Shown: positions 1 to 8,242, counted from the stretch's first letter. The stretch: 32,000 bases of DNA from Candidatus Iainarchaeum sp. (GCA_030649345.1 JAUSKK010000008.1:1-32000); one strand, 5' to 3'. The notes: generated from the letters alone by a model not told the origin. A program made the numbers and translations.

Positions 1-164
1 ACGATTTTATTCCTTATTCTTACTTCATTTTTGTTTCTTCAATCTTTTTTAACTCTTTTCCTAATTCTTGTTATTTAAACATTATTTAAACCTATTTTAA
101 CTCTTTTTTCAACTCTTTTTTTTTGTTTGTTTATATGTCCAACTTTTTGTGTTTAATGTTTTTT

Positions 165-710
165 TTATTTGATTACTTTTTGTAATTCCAATAATTCTTC
201 TTTGGTTGTGTGTAGTTCTTTAATGTCTTTTTTGATTCCTTTGCTTTTGGTTTCAGTATTGATGTAATCCATGTTTTGACTGCAAGAAGGGCATTTGAAT
301 TGGTATTGTACTGCTATTTCAAAGACTATTTGGTCACATTTTTTCTTGCAAGCAAATACACTATATTCTGTTATCGTGTTTTCTTCAATTTCTAATTTTT
401 TTAGTTGTTCACTTTGTTCTTGGAGCATTAATTCAATGATTCGCTTGTAATTAATTCTCCAATCGTAATTGTACCAGCCTGTTTTTTTGTTTCTGGTCTT
501 ATCATAGTCTGCCATGCCTAAATAGTGCATTTTATTCAATATTGTCCGGATTTCAGTTACTTTAATTCCTATTTTTTTAGATAGTTTGTCTTCTGTTAGG
601 TTTTTTCCTTTACTGTATAATTTGATTAGTTGAATAGAGTGTTCTCCAATTTTTCTTTGGAAAAAATCTTGAACTAGTTTGTTTTCTAATATTTTTTTTT
701 CAAATCCCAT
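165..710 (-). CDS. tfe: Transcription factor E (TFE-alpha / TFIIE-alpha homolog)
   Basis: 181-aa ORF. N-terminal winged-helix-like region plus Cx3C...CxxC zinc ribbon (CKKKC...CPSC), the archaeal TFE layout. GGTGA Shine-Dalgarno a few nt upstream of the ATG. Confidence 0.75.
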   Translation of the reverse strand: MGFEKKILENKLVQDFFQRKIGEHSIQLIKLYSKGKNLTEDKLSKKIGIKVTEIRTILNKMHYLGMADYDKTRNKKTGWYNYDWRINYKRIIELMLQEQSEQLKKLEIEENTITEYSVFACKKKCDQIVFEIAVQYQFKCPSCSQNMDYINTETKSKGIKKDIKELHTTKEELLELQKVIK

Positions 711-761
711 TATTTCACCGGCTTATTGAACTGCTGTGAATACTAATTAAAAACTGTTAAC

Positions 762-1286
762 CTATTTTTGGATTTTTACTTGTTTTCCTTTCTCTGTGGG
801 TATAATTTTGATTTTTGCTTTTTTGAATTTTATTTTAGTTGAATCTTGCAGTCTATCTAAAACCACGGCCAAAGCAGATATTTCGGAATGCGGTTGGTTG
901 GTTACGGAAACATTGTAATCGCTTAAAGTGTACATGTCGCTAGGCACTTTTTGGCTTCCGATAATGATTGCAATTTTTTTTGTTTTTTTGAGTTTTTTTT
1001 GGGCTTTTTGTATTAATTGTCCGTACATGGTTAAATGTACCAATGTGTATTTTTGTTGTTTTAATTGTTGCAAGACTGGTTTCCAGTTTTCTGTAAATTC
1101 TATTTTGAATGTTCCTCCAAATCGATCGGAGATGCTTTGGACTGTTTTTATTAAAATTGGGTCTTCCATTCCGTGAATAATGATCTTTTTACATCCAAAC
1201 GCTCTAGCCACTAAGCAGCAGTGGGTGGTTACGCGTTCGTCTCGAAGCAGTCGATGTCCGTATCTGAAAACAATTAAATCCGTCAT
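762..1286 (-). CDS. trm56: tRNA (cytidine56-2'-O)-methyltransferase, SPOUT family (aTrm56)
   Basis: 174-aa ORF with the aTrm56 signature blocks RYGHRLLRDERVTTH, HLTMYG and TNQPHSEISALAV. Confidence 0.85.
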   Translation of the reverse strand: MTDLIVFRYGHRLLRDERVTTHCCLVARAFGCKKIIIHGMEDPILIKTVQSISDRFGGTFKIEFTENWKPVLQQLKQQKYTLVHLTMYGQLIQKAQKKLKKTKKIAIIIGSQKVPSDMYTLSDYNVSVTNQPHSEISALAVVLDRLQDSTKIKFKKAKIKIIPTEKGKQVKIQK

Positions 1287-1340
1287 TTTATTGAATTTTG
1301 GTTCGTAACCTATTTAAATTATTTTAATCCCTATGTGGGT

Positions 1341-2627
1341 ATGTTAGACCCTGAATTTGTTCGATTGAATGCTGATTTGGTTCGCCAAAGTTTAATTCGA
1401 AGACATGATTTAATTAAAGAAAAATTATTGGCTGAATGGCTTTCAGTTGATGTGGGTTGGCGTAAAACTAAATTAGAATTGGATACTGCGCGTTCTTTTA
1501 AGAATTCTTTAACGGATAAAATCAAAGAAGCCAAGATGAGTGGTTCTTCGATAGATGTTTTATTGAAAGAGGCTAAGCTTTTGCCTGAAAAGATTAAACT
1601 TTTGGAACTTGAAGAAACTGAATTGAAAGAAAAGTCTCAAACTATTTTATCGGGTTTGCCGAATGTTTTGCATGATTCTGTTCCGTTTGGAAAAGATGAC
1701 TCTGAAAATATCCAAGTTCGAACTGTTGGGGAAATTCCTAAGTTTGATTTTGAAATACAACATCATGGTCAGTTGGCGGAAAAAAACGGTTGGGCTGATT
1801 TTACAGATGCAGCAAATATTTCTGGTGCTGGTTTTTATTTTTTGAAGGGCGATTTGGCTTTATTGGAGCAGGCTGTTTTGCGGTTTGCTTTAGATGAACT
1901 TGTAAAGCAAGGATTTTCTTTAATTTTGCCTCCGTTTATGCTTCACCGTAAGCCCTACGAAGGAGTCACGGATTTGCAAGATTTTGAAAATGTAATGTAT
2001 AAAATTGAAGGCATGGATTTGTATTTGATTGCAACTTCTGAGCATAGTATTGCTTCCATGCATATGAATCGTATTTTTGAAGCTAAAGATTTGCCTTTGT
2101 TATATTGTGGTTTGTCTGCTTGTTTTAGGAAAGAAATTGGAAAGCATTCTATTGATGAACGGGGTTTATTTCGAGTGCATCAATTTAGTAAGGTAGAGCA
2201 ATTTGTTTTTTGTTCGCCGAGTGAATCTTGGGAATGGCATGAGAAAATTTTATCCAATGCGGAAAGTATTTTGAAAAAATTGGAAATTCCGTATCGTGTA
2301 GTGAATGTATGTACTGGGGATATTGGAGTGGTTGCGGCTAAGAAATATGATTTAGAAGGTTGGAGTGCTCGTGAAAAAAAATACATTGAATTGGTTTCTT
2401 GTTCGAATTGTACTTCTTATCAAGCAGTTGGTTTAAACATTAAGCATCGTTCAGGCCAAGAAAAAGAATTTGTTCATACTTTAAATAGCACAGCGATTGC
2501 CACACCTCGTGCTTTACGGATTTTATTGGAAAATAATCAAACACAAAAAGGAACTGTGCGTATTCCGAAAGTTTTACACCCTTATATGAATGGTTTGAAG
2601 GAGCTTGTGCCTAAAAATCGTTTGTAA
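1341..2627 (+). CDS. serS: Seryl-tRNA synthetase (standard, non-methanogen type)
   Basis: ORF 1335-2627. The ATG at 1341 gives an MLDPEF... N-terminus typical of SerRS. Coiled-coil N-terminal arm plus class II core motifs (FRKE, RVHQF, TLNSTA). TATA-like CCTATTTAAATTA about 25 nt upstream suggests a leaderless mRNA. Confidence 0.9.
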   Translation: MLDPEFVRLNADLVRQSLIRRHDLIKEKLLAEWLSVDVGWRKTKLELDTARSFKNSLTDKIKEAKMSGSSIDVLLKEAKLLPEKIKLLELEETELKEKSQTILSGLPNVLHDSVPFGKDDSENIQVRTVGEIPKFDFEIQHHGQLAEKNGWADFTDAANISGAGFYFLKGDLALLEQAVLRFALDELVKQGFSLILPPFMLHRKPYEGVTDLQDFENVMYKIEGMDLYLIATSEHSIASMHMNRIFEAKDLPLLYCGLSACFRKEIGKHSIDERGLFRVHQFSKVEQFVFCSPSESWEWHEKILSNAESILKKLEIPYRVVNVCTGDIGVVAAKKYDLEGWSAREKKYIELVSCSNCTSYQAVGLNIKHRSGQEKEFVHTLNSTAIATPRALRILLENNQTQKGTVRIPKVLHPYMNGLKELVPKNRL

Positions 2628-2703
2628 TGTTTAGCAATCGGTTTATATACTTTAATTAAGATTATTTTTTAGTACTCCTTTTTAAGGCCAGTAATTCAGC
2701 TTC

Positions 2704-2730
2704 CTTTTCTTTCTTGGTGTGAAAGAAAAG
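2704..2730 (+). terminator. Perfect 10-bp hairpin downstream of serS (CTTTTCTTTC / GAAAGAAAAG, loop TTGGTGT) followed by a T-rich tract
   Basis: Inverted repeat read directly from the sequence. Position in the serS 3' UTR. The function is inferred. Confidence 0.3.
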
Positions 2731-2815
2731 TGTAAGGTTTTTCCAAAGAACGAATTATGGTCTTATAATTAGGAATAGTCAGGAATCTCTAACAAGGAAC
2801 TTAGTTCCGTAATTA

Positions 2816-2889
2816 GGGCCCGTAGCTCAGCCTGGCAGAGCATTGGACTTTTAATCCAAGTGTCAAGGGTTCAAATCCCTTCGGGCTCG
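2816..2889 (+). tRNA. tRNA-Lys (anticodon UUU)
   Basis: Manual cloverleaf. Acceptor GGGCCCG/CGGGCTC, D-arm GCTC/GAGC, anticodon stem TTGGA/TCCAA with loop CTTTTAA, T-arm AAGGG-TTCAAAT-CCCTT, discriminator G. No encoded CCA, no intron. Confidence 0.9.
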
Positions 2890-2910
2890 TTTTAATTAAA
2901 AATTTAATGT

Positions 2911-2929
2911 ATCCGATTTTTTTCGGATC
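2911..2929 (+). other. Spacer hairpin ATCCGA-TTTTTTT-TCGGAT abutting the 5' end of tRNA-Phe
   Basis: 6-bp inverted repeat ending one nt before tRNA-Phe position 1. Possibly a processing or termination signal between the two tRNAs. Confidence 0.3.
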
Positions 2930-3003
2930 GGGACTGTAGCTCAGCCTGGAAGAGCAATCGGCTGAAGACCGGTGTGTCGCCAGTTCAAATCTGGCCAGTC
3001 CCA
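2930..3003 (+). tRNA. tRNA-Phe (anticodon GAA)
   Basis: Manual cloverleaf. Acceptor GGGACTG/CAGTCCC, D-arm GCTC/GAGC, anticodon stem ATCGG/CCGGT with loop CTGAAGA, T-arm GCCAG-TTCAAAT-CTGGC, discriminator A. T-runs follow. Confidence 0.9.
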
Positions 3004-3066
3004 CAAAATTTGTTTTTAATAAAATTTAGTTTTTTTTGTTTTTAAAAAATAAAAAATTAGAATAAT

Positions 3067-3099
3067 TTATCTTCGTTTTTTCTTTTTCTTTTGAGCCAT
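3067..3099 (-). CDS. Tiny polybasic ORF, 10 aa (MAQKKKKKRR)
   Basis: ATG preceded by GGAGGA at about 7 nt spacing. Ends CGA AGA TAA like its neighbour. Below the ORF-track size cut-off. Coding status is inferred from the SD and the paralogy. Confidence 0.35.
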   Translation of the reverse strand: MAQKKKKKRR

Positions 3100-3184
3100 T
3101 TTAGATCCTCCTGTTTTTAAAATATTTTAAAAAAGAGAAGAGAAAGAGAGATTTATTTATTCTCTCTTTTTCTTTTTGAAAATT

Positions 3185-3226
3185 TTATCTTCGTGCTTTT
3201 TTCTTTGCTTTCTTTTTAGCTGCCAT
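3185..3226 (-). CDS. Tiny polybasic ORF, 13 aa (MAAKKKAKKKARR)
   Basis: ATG preceded by GAGGTGA at 6 nt spacing. TATA-like TTTAAATATA about 60 nt upstream on the minus strand. A hairpin (AAAGAGAG/CTCTCTTT, about 3143-3170) plus T-run lies between it and the 10-aa ORF. Confidence 0.35.
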   Translation of the reverse strand: MAAKKKAKKKARR

Positions 3227-3411
3227 TTTTCTTCACCTCTCCCACTCTTTGAGCATTGAATTAATCAGTAATAGCTGTCTTCTTATATTTAAATGTTACA
3301 GTTTTGTGTTTTTTTTGAGAACTTGAATTTTTTTTCAAAAAATAGAGAAATTTAAGAAAAAATTTGTAAACTGATTAAAAATTTATGAACTGATTGAATA
3401 AAAATAAAAGT

Positions 3412-4152
3412 TTAGACATTGGAATATTCGTCTTCAATTTTTTTTACAGTGATTCCGGTATCGCTTATTTGAATCGGGTGAATTTCTTCACTGTGTTTGG
3501 TTGCTCTCATTTTTCGAATTAGTAGATGTCGTGTGCTTTGGGTTCCAATTCCTAAATAATGCAACATAATAACTCCATCTGCTGTGTATTCTTCGACTCC
3601 ATATTTGCTGAATTTGGCTTCTCCTTCTTCTATTTCTGATGTCATAATGGAAGTTACTCCTGCGCGGGTTAACAAGTAGGCTAGTTTGAGTACTGCTTTT
3701 CGTACGTCTTGTTCGTTTTCAAAATTAAATCCTAAAGCTGGAATGGAATCAATAATGACTCGTTTGGCATTGATTCGTTTAATGGTTCGAATGGTTTCTA
3801 GTAATACTTTGTCAATATCAAATCCTGTGGTGGGTAATGAAAATTCTTCTTCGGAAGGCATTCCTATTTTTGCAATAGATCCATCGATTATGCAGAGTTT
3901 GTTTTCTGATTCCAATTTTTTTAAATCCCATCCAAAACGTAAACAATCTTCACGAATCAATGCAGGTCGTTCATCTAAGGTTACATAGACGCCAGGTTCG
4001 TTGAATTTTTGAGCTCCGTTGTATAAGAATTGCATGCTAAAGATTGTTTTTCCTGTTCCAGTAGCTCCACTAACCAGCATGATTCTTCCTTTAGGAAATC
4101 CTCCTTCAATTAAGGAATCAAACCCAGGTATTCCAGTTTTTATTCGTTCCAT
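3412..4152 (-). CDS. KaiC-like single-domain RecA-superfamily ATPase
   Basis: 246 aa. N-terminal RIKTGIPGFDSLIEGGFPKG, Walker A GATGTGKT, then YVTLDE and FGWDL blocks typical of archaeal KaiC/RadB-like ATPases. Confidence 0.75.
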   Translation of the reverse strand: MERIKTGIPGFDSLIEGGFPKGRIMLVSGATGTGKTIFSMQFLYNGAQKFNEPGVYVTLDERPALIREDCLRFGWDLKKLESENKLCIIDGSIAKIGMPSEEEFSLPTTGFDIDKVLLETIRTIKRINAKRVIIDSIPALGFNFENEQDVRKAVLKLAYLLTRAGVTSIMTSEIEEGEAKFSKYGVEEYTADGVIMLHYLGIGTQSTRHLLIRKMRATKHSEEIHPIQISDTGITVKKIEDEYSNV

Positions 4153-4198
4153 GTGTATCTTCTGATATTTGGGGTTTGTTGTTTTTATATTTATCTAA

Positions 4199-6076
4199 TT
4201 AAATTCGTTCGACTTTTTTGACTCCATTAACTTGAGTTAATTGTTGAGCTATACTTTCAAGAATCTCTGGATTGGATATTTCGATTGTGAATGTGCATAT
4301 AATTGTGTTTCTTGTTTTGCTTTGGGCTTCGGTTGCTTTAACTTTCACTTTATTCAATGCATTAAGTAAATCTAAAAGAATGCTGGTTCTGTCTTCGGCA
4401 GTGATTTTTATTTTGACTTGCATGTTTTTAGTGCTTGCAGACCATCCTACTTCCAGTATTTTAGTCAACGGCAGTTTTTGAATGTTTTTGCATCCAATTC
4501 TATGAATAATTATTTTGCGTTTGGTTGTTTTGATTCCAATGATTTCTTCTCCTTGTAATGGATTGCAGCATTTTCCGAATTGAATGTTTTTGTCGCTGGT
4601 TGTTTTGGTTATTTTTCTTTGAGTTTTTTTTTCTTTAGCTGGAAGAATTAATCCCAGTTTTTGGCGTATTTTGTCTCTGGCTTTTTTAGATTGTACAAAC
4701 AATAACCATTGCCGTTTAAATTGTGCTTTTTTGGATTTCATTATTTTGACAATATCTCCATTTTCCAGTAAATGATCCAAGGTCACAATTTTGTTGTTGA
4801 CCAAAGCTTTTTCGCAAAAATCTCCTAAATCGGTGTGAATGGCGTATGCAAAATCTACCGGAGTCGATTTTTCAGGTAAAATAATAATTTCGCTGTTAGG
4901 GGTTAATACAAAGATTTCACTTTTTCCAAACCCAATGTTGATGGGGGCAATTAAATTTTCAAGTTTTTGTTGTCTTTGAAATTCAACCAATTGTTTGGCC
5001 CAAGTTAATTGTTTGTCAAATAAGGGTTCTTTTTCAAATTTTTTGTATTGCCAATGTGCAGCCAATCCTTCTTCTGCTGTGCGGTGCATATCCCATGTGC
5101 GAATCTGCACTTCAATAGGCTTGCTTTTGTATTCTATGACTGTGTGAATGGATTTGTATTGGTTGGGTTTTGGGTTCGCGATATAATCATCAAAGTATTT
5201 TTCATTGGCATAGCTTTTGAATTTAGTGTATAGTAATCCCAGTATTTTATAACAATCTTCTACACTATGACAAATGATTCTAGACCCCAATAGATCGTGG
5301 AGTTCGTTTACTTTTTTGTTTTGATTTTTCATTTTTCTATAAATTCCGGAAAAACTTTTAGGTCTGCACACAGTTGTGGCTGGGATATGAGCTGTTTTGA
5401 GTGTTTTTTCTAATTCTTCTTTGAATTCACTTAATAGTTTTTCTCGAAAGCTTCTTTTTTCTTTGAGTTCATTTTTGATTTGTCTATAAATTTCCGGATT
5501 GCTGATTTTAAATGTTAAGTCTTCCAGTTCCCATTCAATATCATACGCTCCTAGTTTGTGGGCAATGGGTACATGAATTTCTTGGACGCGTTTACAAATT
5601 TCCGGCAATTTACTTTTTTCTAAATTAGTATAATTTCTTAAATGATCCAGCATGGCTGCCAATTGAATGAATATTGTGCGAATATCTTTGGCAGTTCCCA
5701 ATACTACCTGGGTTAATAGTTTGTTGGATATTTTTCCGCGATTTTTTCGTTCAATTTGATCAATTTTTGCTACTTGCTGTACTATGTCTGCAACTTCTGT
5801 TCCGATTTTGTTTTTAATTTCTTCAATTTTTTTATCTAAATCTACTGTATTGTCCAATAAATCGTGCAATAAAGCACTGGCAATACTTTCGCTGTCTAGT
5901 TTGAGTTCAGTTAAAATATATCCTGTGTTTAATGCGTGTTGAATTTGTTTTTCTGCGTTGGGTGTGTACTTTTCTAGAATTTGAATAGCTGTGTCTATTT
6001 TTTTTATTTCGGATTTAAGTATGTATTCTTCTGCTTTTTCTTTGATTTGGTTTGCATTAACTTCTTTGTATTGCAT
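4199..6076 (-). CDS. Long RelA/SpoT homolog (HD hydrolase + (p)ppGpp synthetase + TGS + ACT-like C-terminus)
   Basis: 625 aa. HD motif ALLHDLLDNT. Synthetase blocks LLGSRIICHSVEDCY, ANPKPNQYKSIHTVI, VQIRTWDMHRTAEEGLAAHWQYK. TGS-like FVLTPNSEIIILPEKSTPVDFAYAIHTDLG. C-terminal ACT-like segment. Confidence 0.85.
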   Translation of the reverse strand: MQYKEVNANQIKEKAEEYILKSEIKKIDTAIQILEKYTPNAEKQIQHALNTGYILTELKLDSESIASALLHDLLDNTVDLDKKIEEIKNKIGTEVADIVQQVAKIDQIERKNRGKISNKLLTQVVLGTAKDIRTIFIQLAAMLDHLRNYTNLEKSKLPEICKRVQEIHVPIAHKLGAYDIEWELEDLTFKISNPEIYRQIKNELKEKRSFREKLLSEFKEELEKTLKTAHIPATTVCRPKSFSGIYRKMKNQNKKVNELHDLLGSRIICHSVEDCYKILGLLYTKFKSYANEKYFDDYIANPKPNQYKSIHTVIEYKSKPIEVQIRTWDMHRTAEEGLAAHWQYKKFEKEPLFDKQLTWAKQLVEFQRQQKLENLIAPINIGFGKSEIFVLTPNSEIIILPEKSTPVDFAYAIHTDLGDFCEKALVNNKIVTLDHLLENGDIVKIMKSKKAQFKRQWLLFVQSKKARDKIRQKLGLILPAKEKKTQRKITKTTSDKNIQFGKCCNPLQGEEIIGIKTTKRKIIIHRIGCKNIQKLPLTKILEVGWSASTKNMQVKIKITAEDRTSILLDLLNALNKVKVKATEAQSKTRNTIICTFTIEISNPEILESIAQQLTQVNGVKKVERI

Positions 6077-6116
6077 ACTATACCTTTATTTATTCCTTTT
6101 TTATTACTACTTATAT

Positions 6117-6851
6117 ATGGGTAAACCGTTGATTATTGCAAACTGGAAGATGAACTTTTCTGTTCTGGAAGCTGAGTCTTTTGCTGAGTTTTTTGTAAAA
6201 AATTTTACTGTTTCAAATGTTGAGCCTGTGATTGCTCCGTCTTTTGTTTTTTTGCAATCTGTTTCTTCTATCTTTAAATCTAAAGTTTCTTTAGCGGCTC
6301 AGAATGTTTCCGAGAAATCTAAGGGTTCTTTTACAGGTGAAGTTTCTGTAGATATGGTTAAACCTTTTTGTAAATATGTTTTGGTAGGCCATTCAGAGCG
6401 CCGTCAATTTTTTTCAGAATCCAATGTTTTGGTTGCAGAAAAAACATTAACTATTTTATCGGCTGGTTTGATTCCGGTAATTTGTGTAGGTGAATCTGCG
6501 GATGATCATAAATGGGGCAAGCGTGATTCTGTTTTGTTGGATCAAATTCAGGCTGTTTTGAAAAAAGTTCCTCAGTTAGATTGGTCTAAACTAATATTTG
6601 CGTACGAACCTGTCTGGGCGATTGGTTCAGGTCAAACTCCTTCTGTGCCTGAGATTGAAGATGCAGTTTCTTTTATTCAGAAAATTACTTTAAATCATCA
6701 GCAAGTTCTTTACGGTGGAAGTGTTTCTTCTAAGAATGCTAAGGAAATTCTTTCCATTTCTTTGCTTTCCGGCTTGCTGGTGGGCTCAGCTTCTTTGAAT
6801 GTAAAAGAATTTTTGGAAATTTTGCGAATAGCAAGTAATTTAAGAAAATAG
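6117..6851 (+). CDS. tpiA: Triosephosphate isomerase, bacterial/eukaryotic-type
   Basis: In-frame ATG at 6117 gives MGKPLIIANWKMN. Catalytic blocks VGHSERR and YEPVWAIGSG. The 42-aa upstream extension in the ORF track overlaps the RSH start and is discounted. Confidence 0.85.
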   Translation: MGKPLIIANWKMNFSVLEAESFAEFFVKNFTVSNVEPVIAPSFVFLQSVSSIFKSKVSLAAQNVSEKSKGSFTGEVSVDMVKPFCKYVLVGHSERRQFFSESNVLVAEKTLTILSAGLIPVICVGESADDHKWGKRDSVLLDQIQAVLKKVPQLDWSKLIFAYEPVWAIGSGQTPSVPEIEDAVSFIQKITLNHQQVLYGGSVSSKNAKEILSISLLSGLLVGSASLNVKEFLEILRIASNLRK

Positions 6852-6879
6852 GTCTTCTGTTGTATTTGAAGGTGAGTTT

Positions 6880-8058
6880 ATGGATATTGCTTCAATGAAT
6901 GTTCGTTCTTTGTTAAAAAAATCGTTTCCTCAAGTGGATGCCGATGTTTCTTTAGCAGATGCTATTGCTAAAATGGTTGGTGTTTTTGAACAAGAAGTTT
7001 TGGTTTTTGATAATGGAAAATATTTAGGAAATATTTCTCCTTGGTTTATTTTGAAATCGCGTGCCGATGTCAGTAAAGCTAAAGCACGTAATTCTGCAGT
7101 TGTTTGCCCTAAAGTTTCTTTGGATGATTCAGTGGTGAGTGTAGCTCAACGAATGTTAGATTCCAATGCTAAAGTGCTGCCTGTTTTTTCGGGTTCTTTT
7201 TTTGAAGGTACGGTGGGTGCTTCGGAGATTATTAAACAAATGGCTTCAGTAGAAGAATTAAGTAACATAAAAGTCAGTAGTTTGATTGCGTATCCTTTAA
7301 CTGTTCAAGAAAATGAAAGTGTTGATAAAGTGATTAAAGTTATGCGTTCTAAAAATGTAGAACGTTTGGTTGTTTTAAATAAAGATAAAGTTTCAGGCAT
7401 GTTGTTTTTTGATGATTTGGCAAAAAAGTTTTTGTTGAAAAAAACAAGCGACTCTAAAGCATATGTTTCTGGTTTTGGAAAAGGAACTTTGCGAAAAAAT
7501 CCAAATATTCCGAATGTTTTAAAGTCTCCAATTTCAAATGAATTGTCTGCTGTTTTTCCAACTGCGGATGTTTCAGATTCTTTGAAGAAAGTTTTGGTTA
7601 ATTTTAATCCCAGAACTGGAATTGTGGTTACTTCCAATGGTGTCTTGAAAGGTCTTTTAACAACCCATACTTTGCTGAAAGTTTTGGCTTCTGTGAAAGT
7701 AAGCACTCGAAATATTCAGTTTAGTAATTTTCCTGTTTTGGATGAAATTGATAAAGCCAAAGCAGATAAAACCATTGAAACTGCTTATGACCGAATTGCT
7801 AAATTGGTAGGGCAAGAATTTACTTTGCATATTCATTTTAAGCAGCATCAAAAACAAGGTTCTAGAATTAATCATTCCATTCATGCAAAAGTTTTGTCTG
7901 CAAAACATAATTTTCAAGCAGATAAAGCAGCTTGGAATTTTTTGACTGCTTTGCAAGAAACTTTGAGTGCTTTGGATCAAGAAATGAAAAAGAAACTAAG
8001 ATCAGTTTCTTCAAAACAAAAAGCTTCTGGTTTTCAAAAAAGCCGCCGAAAAAAGTAA
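6880..8058 (+). CDS. Four-CBS-motif protein with C-terminal HPF/RaiA (S30AE)-like domain
   Basis: 392 aa. Four CBS-like repeats in the first ~270 residues. Residues ~275-370 fit a beta-alpha-beta-beta-beta-alpha pattern resembling ribosome hibernation factor HPF/YfiA (NIQFSNF..., TLHIHFK, HSIHAKVL, WNFLTALQETLSALDQEMKKK). The domain call is by eye only. Confidence 0.6.
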   Translation: MDIASMNVRSLLKKSFPQVDADVSLADAIAKMVGVFEQEVLVFDNGKYLGNISPWFILKSRADVSKAKARNSAVVCPKVSLDDSVVSVAQRMLDSNAKVLPVFSGSFFEGTVGASEIIKQMASVEELSNIKVSSLIAYPLTVQENESVDKVIKVMRSKNVERLVVLNKDKVSGMLFFDDLAKKFLLKKTSDSKAYVSGFGKGTLRKNPNIPNVLKSPISNELSAVFPTADVSDSLKKVLVNFNPRTGIVVTSNGVLKGLLTTHTLLKVLASVKVSTRNIQFSNFPVLDEIDKAKADKTIETAYDRIAKLVGQEFTLHIHFKQHQKQGSRINHSIHAKVLSAKHNFQADKAAWNFLTALQETLSALDQEMKKKLRSVSSKQKASGFQKSRRKK

Positions 8059-8224
8059 ATCAACCCGCGTGCGCAACTTAAACTTTGGTTTAAGTGCGCT
8101 TTCGAACTCAGAGTTCGAAACACGGGTTGGTGGCACGCAGTGCAATCAAAATCTGTTGATTTTGATGCACATAAAACGAATACGTTTTATTGTGCTTTCG
8201 TTACACTTCAGCACTGCTGTTTTT
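8059..8224. ncRNA. Unclassified highly structured, GC-richer RNA-like block (two tandem multi-hairpin modules)
   Basis: Module 1: outer stem CAACCCG (8061-8067) / CGGGTTG (8123-8129) enclosing hairpins 8071-8099 and 8101-8119. Module 2: GCAC (8133-8136) / GTGC (8192-8195) enclosing hairpins 8140-8170 and 8171-8190. T-run at 8220-8224. Strand unresolved: it could be the CBS-gene 3' UTR on plus, or a separate minus-strand RNA behind a TATA-like AATATTTAAAA. Confidence 0.4.
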
Positions 8225-8242
8225 AAATATTTTTTTTAAAGC

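Noticed and set aside
1-164. T-rich low-complexity stretch with short repeats (AACTCTTTT x3, TATTTAAAC x2)
   Set aside because: No ORF, no stable pairing and no similarity to the insertion family. It is probably the terminator/3' flank of tfe and the neighbouring gene's promoter. The window edge prevents further interpretation.
2813-3004. 63-aa minus-strand ORF in the track
   Set aside because: It is the antisense of the tRNA-Lys and tRNA-Phe genes. Its apparent coding potential is a by-product of the GC-rich tRNA sequence.
5991-6116. N-terminal extensions of tpiA (5991) and of the PPC-like gene (11135) in the ORF track
   Set aside because: The extensions are hydrophobic or low-complexity and overlap the divergent neighbour or promoter. 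Internal ATGs give canonical N-termini with TATA-like boxes about 25 nt upstream.
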